A DNA stretch of 64,000 nt from Schizochytrium sp. TIO01 (lineage: Eukaryota; Protista; Bigyra: Labyrinthulomycetes), in assembly GCA_004764695.1 (NCBI GenBank), contig SMSO01000032.1, positions 8,898,483-8,962,482 on the forward strand, written 5' to 3'. The notes under the pieces are model-generated. The model worked only from the letters and a program-made list of their open reading frames with translations. It was not told the DNA's origin and did no database searches. This document shows, in pieces, positions 1 to 10,986 of this stretch (the stretch's first letter is position 1; every line of letters begins with the position of its first letter). Position numbers and translations under genes: made by a program.

Positions 1-1
1 G

Positions 2-385
2 CGCGCGGACCAGAACAACCCTTCTCTATCAGACTACGATAGTCACCACTCCGGGTCGTCACGAACAGACTCTGGCACAACAACAAAATATTCTCATGGT
101 TCAGATAAGGCATCTACTCTGAAAAGAAGGCTTGATGAAATGAATGCACGACAAAATTCCAGGGAGTTGAAGATGCGCAAGTCCAAGAGAGGGTCTTCGC
201 GCTTTCATGGAGTCACATGGCATCGCCGTGACCGCCGTTGGATCGCTCGGGTTTGGCACCACGGACGGATTGTCCATTTAGGCTCATTTGTACTTGAAGA
301 GGAAGCTGGTCGTGTTGTCACGGAGTGGCTCCAAGCGCATGGCCACACGCCTTCGACTGACATCTCTGAATCAAGCATCGACTAA
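2..385 (+). CDS. AP2/ERF DNA-binding domain protein, 3' part (5' end outside window)
   Basis: Frame is open from position 2 to TAA at 385. SSRFHGVTWHRRDRRWIARVWHHGRIVHLGSFVLEEEAGR matches the AP2 consensus (S.YRGV.W....KW.A.I......LG.F..EEEAA). Confidence 0.85.
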   Translation, partial: RADQNNPSLSDYDSHHSGSSRTDSGTTTKYSHGSDKASTLKRRLDEMNARQNSRELKMRKSKRGSSRFHGVTWHRRDRRWIARVWHHGRIVHLGSFVLEEEAGRVVTEWLQAHGHTPSTDISESSID

Positions 386-1490
386 GAGTTAAAGAGATCC
401 CTGGCTAATAGCGCTGATTATCGCACGATTTATACATGCATGGGGAATAACTTGCCCTCTTTTTCGTGATACGCGTTCCTGTGATAGTATACGCCTGTGG
501 TGTTCTGGAGCTGCTTGCGAATTCGTGAAATAATGGAAAGTTTTACAACTACAACAACAACAAGGGGGGGGAGAAGTAACTACGATCTCTGTCTCACGCA
601 ATCTCACGCAAAAGATGATGTTTGCACATTAGCACATGCTGCTACATCTGCTTGAATTGCCTTCTGATTAATGACTATATATCCTTACGACTGTTCAAAT
701 GACTTGCATTGGGCCAAGTTCTCTTACTGGAAATATAGAAAATGACTGATCGAATATACACCTATGAATGACATTTTTTGACGTTTACTTGATATTAGTA
801 TTTCTCAAGATGTTTGCTTGGCTTTATGAAAAGTTATCAGTCCTTGCTATGTTCCAAACTTGCTGTACTCGAAGAGAGGCGTACATTCGCAACAAGGTGG
901 AAATCCACCTGAACCTTGAACGGGTCTAATTGTATTCAGAAACTGGGTCATTCAGCACAGATAGTAAATGGATAGATAAGTAGATATATATTCGAAGTCC
1001 CGGTAGTTACAAACCAAATGGAAGCACATTTGCGAAGGAATTAGGAATCATAACACTCATATCTGGCGTTAATTTTGACACGTTCCTCTAAAAAGCATAC
1101 TCAAATTACATAAAGCTAACTGGAGTGAAACATGGGACCCCATATATGATCAAAGTCCCTTCAGATGTCTATCCATAAACAATATGTGTTTGAAATCTTG
1201 TTGGCATGATAAGCTTGGCGACTCACACTATCCTCAAGGTGATACATTCATCCAGTAGACGATAGTTAATGAGACATTACTCATAGAGTGTTATCTTTCA
1301 AATCTCAAACTCAACCTGTGTTAGAAACAATGAACCTTTTACTGCAGCATACCGCAAGTTGCACGCATCAGTGCAGCATAAGACCTCAGCGATTTAGTCA
1401 AAGACTGCTTCATGCCTACGACACTAGAGCTAAATTTGAAGCTCAAGGACAATCAATCTATAACATGGTTTAACTCGTCTAATTGCATAC

Positions 1491-1700
1491 AACACATAGA
1501 GTGTGATTCATCATGCCAAGCAGGACAGTATTGGAATTCATAGCTCTTAAATAAACTAAGGAGTTTATCACTTGCACTAAGTGCACACCGAGCACATAGT
1601 GTGTGAATCACCAAGCCAAGCCAGGTGTCTTAGTATTTGCAGCTCTTTTGCAGCTCTTATATCAATTAAGAAGTTGCTCCTTGCATTTAACTTCAGACAG
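1491..1700. repeat. Degenerate two-copy tandem repeat, about 100-bp unit
   Basis: 1491 aacacatagagtgtgattcatcatgccaagcagg...agctcttaaataaactaaggagtt...cttgcac aligns with 1591 agcacatagtgtgtgaatcaccaagccaagccagg...agctcttatatcaattaagaagtt...cttgcat. Confidence 0.65.
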
Positions 1701-4095
1701 CGCAGAAAGAGTTACCCACCATTATAAGCCAGGAACAACATGCATCACATCACTACCTTTAACTCCCACGCAAACAACCAAACTTACCGTATGTGAATTC
1801 TCTCTTTTTGTTGGAACTCCAATTCAATCAGGAGATTAGCATACAAATTGCGACTTATTTTGAATTAAAAGTAGGTTACAGTATAGTTAGAAGGCTTTAA
1901 CCCAACTCCTATATATCTGCGATATTTAGACAGCAGAAAGTCGAGATTCTCCTTATGATGTGTACTCAATATGAAATCTCGCGAGCTTTGTCATGTTAAA
2001 TTTAGAGACTCGCCTCTTCTATTCAATGAAACACATCACTTACTATGGGCTGCTTCAGTCAATGCATATGAACCGTTGTACAACTGGTGGATCGTGAACA
2101 GGCTCTTAAGCTACAAATATAGGTGTTACTTTCATGCAACTAAAGAACCAAAAGTCCATTCTGGGTTCATATACACAATTGGTCGAACCCTCCTTTTGGT
2201 GCGCGCCGATGCACAAGCGTGCTAGGGTGCACTCCTTCAAGGAATAATGGATTTGAAAAAAAATTATCTTGTTCCTTTGCATTTCAAAGCCCATGTTAGG
2301 TACTATCAATCCCCATCAACTTTTGTTCCCGGGAAGAACCCAAAATCTTGCGACATTATACTCGTCCCTTAAGTGGTTAAAACGCATGCAGTTATAGTTA
2401 CGAGGAACACCTTGCAAAAACCAAGATTCAGATTGTCCTTCCGGAAAGAATAGATGCTTAGTTTTCGGTGGACGCCTGCTCCTACTGATACATCGGTGCA
2501 TGACATCCGTCCCGGCCAGCCATAACTATAAAGCAATTGATATAATGCTTGCACGAAAGTGCCAACAGCAGCAGGCGCCATCAAGCTTCTTCCATCTTCA
2601 AAGCTATGCTACCCATAAGATTACTAAGTAAATGCCTATGTAGTAGTCTACTTTTGTCCAACTCAAATAATGTGGTCTGTGTTGAGAATAGCCATCCACC
2701 CCAAATTTGACACGCACTAATTATCCCACAGGATGCATGCGCTCTCACAAAATCCATAGCAACATCTACAAAACAGGACTTCTGAAATCTTTTCTTTTGG
2801 CTCTCCTAAGACGCCTCTCAAGTCTCATGCTCGTATCAATCCTTTAGTCTAAGATGGTGATCCCTTCCCTAAGGAAATCTGTGACCATTTATATATTACT
2901 AAACCTGTGTATTTTTAGTATGACTATAATAATTTTTATTAATATTGCCCTCACTGATACACGTGGTCATGTGAGGGAATGTTTATGATCGTCTCGCGGT
3001 AGCCCACACTAGATTGTACAGGCGCGGAGGAGGTGTGTACTAATAGTGAGCTAATGGTGTCTCGCTGTATCCTTCTATGAGTACCCTTGTATATTTTTAG
3101 TTAAGTTAGTGATTTGTGCAAATGGACTCAGGGCCTGGAGAGCTGGAGACAATCCATTTCATGTAAGACTGCTTGCACAAAAGTGCATACAGACTCGTTG
3201 CAGATGAGCTAGAAGGAGAGCTAACGACTTGCGAAAGGTGTTAGGCTCTAGTAGTACAGGCCTCTTGTAGGCAAGATTGCTAACTTTGAAAGGGGAGAAA
3301 ACGGGAGTACACAGCAAAAGCACAGAGTATTAACATCGTCGTGCAATACCTCACCAGGGTGGCGCACAACGAGCAGCGACGTCAGCTCCAGCGACGTGGC
3401 TCGCTCTAGTCGTAGCGAGCGCGATTGTTTGGACGTGGTGGAGCTGGAGAAGAAGACCAGAAAGACGAGTCTGAGACGTAAGCGTAACACAGGGTCCAGC
3501 TTTATCTTCCGTCTTCAGCTTTGTCTTCCTCTTTGCTCTTCGCTCTGCCTCATAAAAGACGCGTTGCTCAAGCACGACTGCTCCAGAACGGGTGTATCCC
3601 AAATCGTCATTCAGAGCACAGCAGTCCAGCAAAACCCTTCAACATAGATTAAGCAGGAGGGATCACTCAGCACCTACGACTTTAACTATACGTCAAACTT
3701 GAGTCTGTTGCTTGCATCTCACATACATTTGTGCGTGGGGAGGAGAGAGAGAGGGTGAACGTGTTTGATAGCTTTGTTGTTGGCAAATCTACATACTTCA
3801 ACCAGAAATCCGTATATCCACCTGCACCCCACCACTGTATCCCAGTGCATTTCTCCTGCAAGTATTGAAATTGAGTAAAAGACAAAGAGGTTAAGTGTCT
3901 GACTCATATTTGATATCACAACAGCGCGAGCCAAATCAATAAACTCAGTGTTCGCTTAGTTGCTGGTTGCTGCCGCAAGGAATCATTGTTCGCAATCAAT
4001 TAGAGCATTTCTGAGACAAACACTGGCCAAATCTCTTCTTGCCTGCTTACTTGAAGCAGGCAACATCAAAGTGGATCACCTGCCCGAGCCTTGAA

Positions 4096-6084
4096 ATGGT
4101 CGTGGTGGTCAAAGCCACGCTTTATAATCACGATCATCATGAAGGCAGTGATGCTGAACACCAAGCTGACATCTTTCTAGCAGAGATCCTCCGCAAAGCT
4201 GGATATGATTGCGAGGTTGTGGCTGAAGAGCTTACGGCTGACAGTGTTGTAATCATTAATCTTCCGGGAGAGTATCCAAAGCAGATCTTACAACAGCGCA
4301 AGCTCCAGCAAGAAACATTGGATGGGCCACATAGCACCAAGGCGATCCACAACCTTGAAGTTGCACTACTCCGCAAAACACGGGAGGCCCAAGAGCTTGA
4401 TCACAATCTGAAGGTTGCTCTGAAATCAATCAAAACCTTTCATAGACAACAAAATGAGTTGTTTGATGAATTTGTGGCTCTCCGTGATAAATATGACACT
4501 CATAAAACCAAACTGCGCCAAGTGCTATGGGACTTCATCCCAAGTCAATTGAAGGGGTTTGAAAATATCCCTCAAATCGACCACGAAGTCAACGAATCCG
4601 AAAATAAAGTTGGAGCTTGGTGCACAGGTCAAGTTCTTGGCGAAGGTCAATTTGCCACTGTGAAAGCGGTTTGCTCTGGCCCTGGCGAGATTCTTGCAAA
4701 CACGCATTTTAGCTCATATGACCTTGCTATGAAACGAATCAACAAGGATCGCGTTACTGACATTCGCAATATGCGTCGTGTCAATAATGAGATCCGCCTC
4801 CTGCGTGAATTACAGCATACGTCCCTGGCTCGTCTTGTCGATGTTTGCCATACGGAGACTTATCTTTATATAGTTCAGGAAAAGGGCGGACTTGATTTAT
4901 TTGAGCATTACCGCGCAAATCCTGGCCCGTGCAATGAGGCTTTTGTTCAAAGTGTTTTCCAACAACTTTGCTCCGCAATCGCCTATCTCTACGCTAATCG
5001 TGTAGTCCATCGAGATATCAAGCCAGAGAATATTCTCATTGATGAAATCGGTCGTGTTAAGCTTGTTGATTTTGGTCTTAGTACTTATCACTCCTCTGAA
5101 ATGACTTTGGAAGACTTTTGCGGCACACCTGGTTTCTTTGCACCTGAAATGTTAGTTGAAGCGAAATATTCTAGTGAGATGCTCGATGTATGGAGCCTTG
5201 GCTGTGTCTTACTTGAAATGCTCCTGGGGCACGCGCGTTTTGCTGAGGTTTGGATGCCGGCTTACGCTTATGAAAACCTTCACGATGCCAAACAGTTCGA
5301 TAACGAGCTTGGCCGCTGCATTGGAGCAGTAAAAGCAATTTTCGGTGAACAGATTTGCTCAAGGGGACAAAATGGTACACTGAACTCATCTGCTAGTTCA
5401 TCTGGTACTGCAAAGGCTGTCGCCAAAACATCCCCATCTCTTCCTTCTTCTATGCATGAAGAAAGTAAACTTGCGGACGCCGTATCTTGCACGCTTGTTG
5501 CAACATCCTCGGAGCCATCCATGTCCTTAAAATCAGCATCGGCTGCTGATCTTCTTGGAAAGCGTGATGCAGCAAGCAAACATCGCTCTCGCGTTCGCCG
5601 AAGCAGTGAAACCTACCCGCATGCCATCACTCAGCACGTTAATTTTAGAGCATGTGTACAGGCCTTGGATGAGCAGCAAGCTCGTTCGGCAGATTGTAGA
5701 GACTTCCTGCTTGCCATTCTGGTGAGAAGCCCCCACATGCGTTTAAAGGCCTCACAGCTTATGCAGCATCCTTTCATCGATCCGATGCCAGATCTTGTAC
5801 CAGGCCATCAATCGCTTACGACCTCGGAGTATTGTGAAAAGAACAACAGGGGTGACCACAATAGAAATGTGGCAGAGTCCAAAACCAGTAAGGAAATCCA
5901 GACTGGTGAGACCTCACCGTCAAACAAGAATCTCCAAATTCATACGGAAAAGGCTTTGAATGATCTCGCACGAGCACGACTTCCTCCACTTTCTCCTGCT
6001 TCTCCTCAAGTTGAGGGTATGCAAGAACTTGTAAAGCTTGGTGATGATCTCTTTGCTTACCATTCCCTCTCTTCATGGTCATGA
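4096..6084 (+). CDS. Ser/Thr protein kinase (CAMK/AMPK-like) with N-terminal coiled coil
   Basis: LGEGQFATV Gly loop, AMK lysine, HRDIKPEN, DFG, CGTPGFFAPE and DVWSLG are all intact. First ATG is at 4096 (the ORF track starts at an upstream TTG). Confidence 0.92.
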   Translation: MVVVVKATLYNHDHHEGSDAEHQADIFLAEILRKAGYDCEVVAEELTADSVVIINLPGEYPKQILQQRKLQQETLDGPHSTKAIHNLEVALLRKTREAQELDHNLKVALKSIKTFHRQQNELFDEFVALRDKYDTHKTKLRQVLWDFIPSQLKGFENIPQIDHEVNESENKVGAWCTGQVLGEGQFATVKAVCSGPGEILANTHFSSYDLAMKRINKDRVTDIRNMRRVNNEIRLLRELQHTSLARLVDVCHTETYLYIVQEKGGLDLFEHYRANPGPCNEAFVQSVFQQLCSAIAYLYANRVVHRDIKPENILIDEIGRVKLVDFGLSTYHSSEMTLEDFCGTPGFFAPEMLVEAKYSSEMLDVWSLGCVLLEMLLGHARFAEVWMPAYAYENLHDAKQFDNELGRCIGAVKAIFGEQICSRGQNGTLNSSASSSGTAKAVAKTSPSLPSSMHEESKLADAVSCTLVATSSEPSMSLKSASAADLLGKRDAASKHRSRVRRSSETYPHAITQHVNFRACVQALDEQQARSADCRDFLLAILVRSPHMRLKASQLMQHPFIDPMPDLVPGHQSLTTSEYCEKNNRGDHNRNVAESKTSKEIQTGETSPSNKNLQIHTEKALNDLARARLPPLSPASPQVEGMQELVKLGDDLFAYHSLSSWS

Positions 6085-6801
6085 ACTCAACCCTTTTCTC
6101 GATGTACCCATCCCCTCACTGTTACTCTACTAGGTATTTGGTGCAATTCTTTCCTTCTTCTTTTTCTCGTTCAGTTCAGTAGTATAGTCGCCCTCGCAAC
6201 GCTTGGGAACAACTTTACTCCTAATACTTTGCGAATTTGAACGCAAGGAGGATGGCCATGGAAAGATTGAGAGAAATAGTTTTATTTTTAAATTATTTTT
6301 TTTAATCATGAGCTTTGCTTGTCGGGATGCCATGCCATGTCATGGCCCTAGTGGTGCAACAAGTGTGCAGTAGATACTACCACCAAGAACCTCTAAGGTT
6401 GCATTTTGATTTTGGTAACGAGGCTTGTTTAACACTTAGCTTGCTACAATCGAACCGCCTTGAACGAGCAGCAATTTTGCCTTTCATTAGTCTTGTTTTA
6501 AAAAAATACGCTTTCAATTTTTAAAAATTAAAAAGAGAAATAATCCTACTCAGTCGTAAGGAATATATAAATGACGCAAGAGTCCAAATCGAGGAGCTGA
6601 GATTTTGAAATATGAAGATCCACAGTCACCAGGCCAATTTATAAAATACCTGTATGTTTGAATAAGCAATCAAATATAATTTGAGATCACTGTCGAACGA
6701 AACTAGGAATAATAGACACAAAAGGAAAAGGAGTGGAAAACCACAGAGATGAATAAGGATGCTAAGCAAAATGACAGTCTGTGACATGAGCCCAAACTCC
6801 C

Positions 6802-9036
6802 TTATTCGCTATCAGAATCGTCGTCATCCTCGTCACTGCTTTCGTCGTCACCAAAAATAGAATTGAAAATAGCGGAGAAAATACCACTATTCTTTGATGG
6901 ACTCCTTTCGTCCTTCTCTGATGCCGAAAGATCCGGAAGAGATGAGGAACGATGACTCTGCTCACCTCGGCTCTTCGTTTTTGAAGATGTATTCTTCCCT
7001 TTAGTCCTATTACGGGTATCTACAGAAAAAGAGCGCTTCCGTGAGATTTCTTGGGTTGCCCCTCGTTTGGATTTGGCCTTGTTTTCTGAAGCAGTAGATG
7101 AAGAGGAAGAGGAAGAAGACTTTGATGCTAGCTCTGTCATACTATCTTGAAGCTCTTGAAGTTGTTTTCGCAAATCACCTGCATATCCAAGATGCAGACG
7201 AGCCTCACTAAATCTCAGCCGCCTTTCTGCTTCAAGTTCCTTTGCAAGGCGGTCGCGTTCCATAAGAATCAGTTCAATCGATTCACTACGCTCTACTGAA
7301 CGCTTCATTCGCGATTGAGAGGACAATGACCCTCTCGAAGTGGAGCTATTTAATCTATCTTTCACTAGCTCCTTTTTATCTACATGGCTCTCCGGATTTT
7401 GGTTTTCTGCTGGAGCCAATTCTTTCTTGTCAGCTTGATTGAAAATCTCACCAGATCCGCCATTCAAAGAGCTACCGACAAGAGGCGGCGGTGCTGCACT
7501 ATGATCATTATCAACAACAGGAGTTGAACTGGCCCATGACGCATGCGACTCAATTGATGAGCGTCGAAGAGGTGAGGCGACTGAAGCAGTCTCATCCAGA
7601 AGCGAAAGCAGACGCTCTTCCTTTTCATGCAAGGCGGAGCGCAGGAGAGCGTTGTCTTGTAGTGAGCGTTCTAGTTCCATGTCACATTTTACATACATAC
7701 TTTGCAGGTGCTCCTTGTGATCAGACACTCTTTGAAGTTGTGCTGAAATGTTACGAAACTCATCTTGTAGTTTCGATATATACTTGAGCACACCGTTTTG
7801 CTCCAGGAGTGTTTCAATGGTCTGCCGCAGGGCGACAATCGTCAAATCTTTCTCCTCATTCATTCGTCGAAGCTCCTGAACCTCGTCTGCGTCTAACTGG
7901 CTGGCGCGTCGATCGCGACGAGTATGGGATTGTTCACCGAGACCTAGGCTTTGTTTCTCTCCGCGCAAACGTTCTGATGGTTTTTCAACAGAGAAGCCAG
8001 TTTCCTCTTGGTTCCCAAGAACTGAAGAAGTCTCGCTCACTACCATCGCCTGGTTTTCATACTCACTTTGTGCAAAGCTGTTGCTCCTCAAGGTACCTTC
8101 GTCGGCATCATCGTCTTGAAGAAATTCTATCTGATTGAAGAGTGCAGCAAGAGCACGTCGGATAGAGGGCGTCTTTGCGAGCTCAATAGGCATTTTACCG
8201 GCCTCATCTTGTGTTTCAGGCTTAGCACCAAAGGTAATCAGAGCACTGGCAGTTTCCACGTGGCCTCCCTCGCAAGCCTCATGCAGTGGTGTTCGACCCT
8301 TGCTGTTGGCGCCCTCGATCTTTGCCCCAGCCTGAACTAGAACTTCCAGCAGTTCTCTGCTCTGCCCAAACGAAGCTGCCCAGTGCAACATGGAGTTTTT
8401 CGCTGGTGTGCCATCGTTAGCGTTGGCATCAACGCCTCCTTCGAGAAGCATCTTCACTCGAGCCATATCGCCCGCTGCTACCTGCTGCAGCAGCTCCTGC
8501 TCCAACACCTGCACAACACTGGCGTCAGCAACATCTACTGGTCTTCTACCCTCACTATCGACCACGTCCGTGCGGGCTCCTAGCCTCAATAATGCCCGTA
8601 CAACATCAATCTGTCCATATTCGCACGCAACTAATAACGCCGTTGTCGAGCGCTTTTTACTGCTTACGCCGGCCTCTGGTCCTTCGACAGGTTTCTCGTG
8701 AAGTTGGTCATCATCATAAATTTGAGTTTCACTATTGCGATCTTCGGATACAGAACAAACTTTGGTAGTGGAGCTTGGATTGTGAGGATCGTTCAGAAGA
8801 GTGCTGTCGTCGATATGTTTATCATTATTGATATGATCATTGCCATCGTTGCAGCGATTCTGATGGGATCCAGCTTGGCGAAGGCGCTCAGGGCGTGGAA
8901 GTGCCACGTGGAGGACAGCGTTTACGCCCACACCATGGTTTTCAAGTGCGGTCTTGACGACATCAGTGCGACCTGCAGCACAGGCACGGGCCACGACGTC
9001 CTCAAGAGCAGCCTGGGCGCCCTCTGCAGAGTCCAT
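6802..9036 (-). CDS. Ankyrin-repeat protein with C-terminal coiled coil and acidic tail
   Basis: Ankyrin repeats TALLVACEYGQIDVVRALLRLGA, SMLHWAASFG and GRTPLHEACEGGHVETASALITFGA; heptad-rich segment downstream; first ATG at 9036. Confidence 0.88.
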   Translation of the reverse strand: MDSAEGAQAALEDVVARACAAGRTDVVKTALENHGVGVNAVLHVALPRPERLRQAGSHQNRCNDGNDHINNDKHIDDSTLLNDPHNPSSTTKVCSVSEDRNSETQIYDDDQLHEKPVEGPEAGVSSKKRSTTALLVACEYGQIDVVRALLRLGARTDVVDSEGRRPVDVADASVVQVLEQELLQQVAAGDMARVKMLLEGGVDANANDGTPAKNSMLHWAASFGQSRELLEVLVQAGAKIEGANSKGRTPLHEACEGGHVETASALITFGAKPETQDEAGKMPIELAKTPSIRRALAALFNQIEFLQDDDADEGTLRSNSFAQSEYENQAMVVSETSSVLGNQEETGFSVEKPSERLRGEKQSLGLGEQSHTRRDRRASQLDADEVQELRRMNEEKDLTIVALRQTIETLLEQNGVLKYISKLQDEFRNISAQLQRVSDHKEHLQSMYVKCDMELERSLQDNALLRSALHEKEERLLSLLDETASVASPLRRSSIESHASWASSTPVVDNDHSAAPPPLVGSSLNGGSGEIFNQADKKELAPAENQNPESHVDKKELVKDRLNSSTSRGSLSSQSRMKRSVERSESIELILMERDRLAKELEAERRLRFSEARLHLGYAGDLRKQLQELQDSMTELASKSSSSSSSSTASENKAKSKRGATQEISRKRSFSVDTRNRTKGKNTSSKTKSRGEQSHRSSSLPDLSASEKDERSPSKNSGIFSAIFNSIFGDDESSDEDDDDSDSE

Positions 9037-10986
9037 GACAGTCAGGTCCTGAGTCAACCTACTCAGTCTGAAATTGTTCAAAAGCTTCTCTGAAGGATAG
9101 CAGAGTCACCCACTACCTCAGAACCTTCGAAGACCCCCCACAGATGGACTCAGCCCCAGCGGGCCTGCCCAATCACCTGGAGGCTGGAGGTTTTGATCGA
9201 CGTTTTGATTGAGTATTCAATTGACTTTTGTGTTTCCACGGTTGTTTAAACATGCATAGTCACTTCAACTCCTAGCACTGCTCTTAGCTAACCCTAACGT
9301 GATGAGGTGTCAGGCTGGTTCTCTTCCATCTCAGGTATGTATGCTTCTAGGTAATACCAAGGCACTAAGTCATCGTTGAGAATGGCACAATCCTGCTCTG
9401 CTTTTGTGCTCGTCTCTATCACATGTTTCTTGTCAGTTTCGCCACTTGTCCATCAAATTACTAGAGTGTACATGACCTCAAATACTGGCAATGAGTGGTG
9501 GACCCATCAACTAGGCCTAGTCGCAAAATGCTCGTGATTCTCAAGTGATAGCTGATATCAAATTTTAAAATTCTGATTTATCGCTTACCATCCAGGAGAA
9601 CTAGTGTCTGAAGAGAAGTTCGGCAGGGCGAGAAAGAGGCTTGACACTGCGGTGCAAGGTGCTATCATTTGCCAAAATTTGCATGGTTTACATGTGAAAG
9701 ACTGAAATTAATGGAAAACGTTAGCTTCAGCCAAGCTACAGGAAGGCTCAACATACCTACCTAACTCTAATCTACACGTTAATCATCTACCTTGCAAACT
9801 CTACATTTTACGTCACTTAAGAACGTTTGCATCATTTCAAGCATTCCTATTTGTGTTGCTTTACTTTTGGACGAAGCTTCGAGAATTAAATTGCAACTCT
9901 AAGCCATCAGAAAACTTTGGATAATAACTAGATAGAAAGACTGGACATCATTAGTAAGAAGGAGCGTGGTTGTCTAAAGTAATAAGCTATTCCTCTAACT
10001 AAAGACAAAGGCAGCCTTTTATGAACCAGTGCATGCAATTAAAAAAAAAAAGGAGCAAAAGGTTGCCATTCTCATAAAATGCTTAACGTTGCAGTGGACG
10101 TCAAAACCAGTATAGTACTCTTTGAACTTAAAGATGTCTCACAAGTCATGGCCGGGATTTGTCTTTCAAATAACGTATTCCTCACATCAACGACTTTATA
10201 TAGCATAGCGAGAGATGTTAAAATCAGTTTGACGAACCGATGCTGGCCAGGCCAGGTGATGTCATCAGTTGTGAAGGACTGCGAGTTTATCACAGTCAGC
10301 AAAAGAAGATGAACAAGTGAACAATCAAAAAAGCTGCCCACACCTTTAGCAATTTGATTGTTTACACGTTCTTCATTGGTATTGTCAACTTCACAGCCAT
10401 AATCTAGAAGACGTATCATTTTCGATATCTAACGACCATTGGTACCCGAAATTGACTGGCAAGCCACCAAAATAACTGATCTGATTTTGTTTCCACGTTT
10501 AAGCAGTGAGATATCCATTACCAGTAGCTCAGTTGACGGTCTGGATCGACGCGTATAAATACACAATAAAGAACGCGCCTGCAAGGAAGATGCTAATGTT
10601 TGTCTTCCCAATTGTGCTGTCGCTCGAGTTCGAGTTATTCGATGTGCGCGAGCTGTTCGACCTCAGGCTCCGTTGTCTGAATTCGACGCATTTAAGTTGA
10701 GGTTTTGATTATGACTCTTAAGATTTGAATTCGAATTTTTGAAAATGTAAAATTTGAATTTTTCGATTCAGATTATGAACAAAAAAAATCATTTTGATTC
10801 CTGGTTCACTCATTTACTCAAATCAATCCCCAATCGATGGACTAAAGTGCGGCACTCCTCGCCGCCGCAAACAGTCGTCCGAAACAGCCTCCAAACTCTT
10901 TACGTGCCTCTCATCGCTCCTACTTCGCTGGCGCCCTGTCGATCCCGTTTTTGCTCAAAGAGATTTAAAGCGGAGGCGCCGCCGCC

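Noticed and set aside
9283-9298. Isolated telomere-like words (taaccctaa; also ttaggg at several sites)
   Set aside because: Single units at chance frequency; no arrays.
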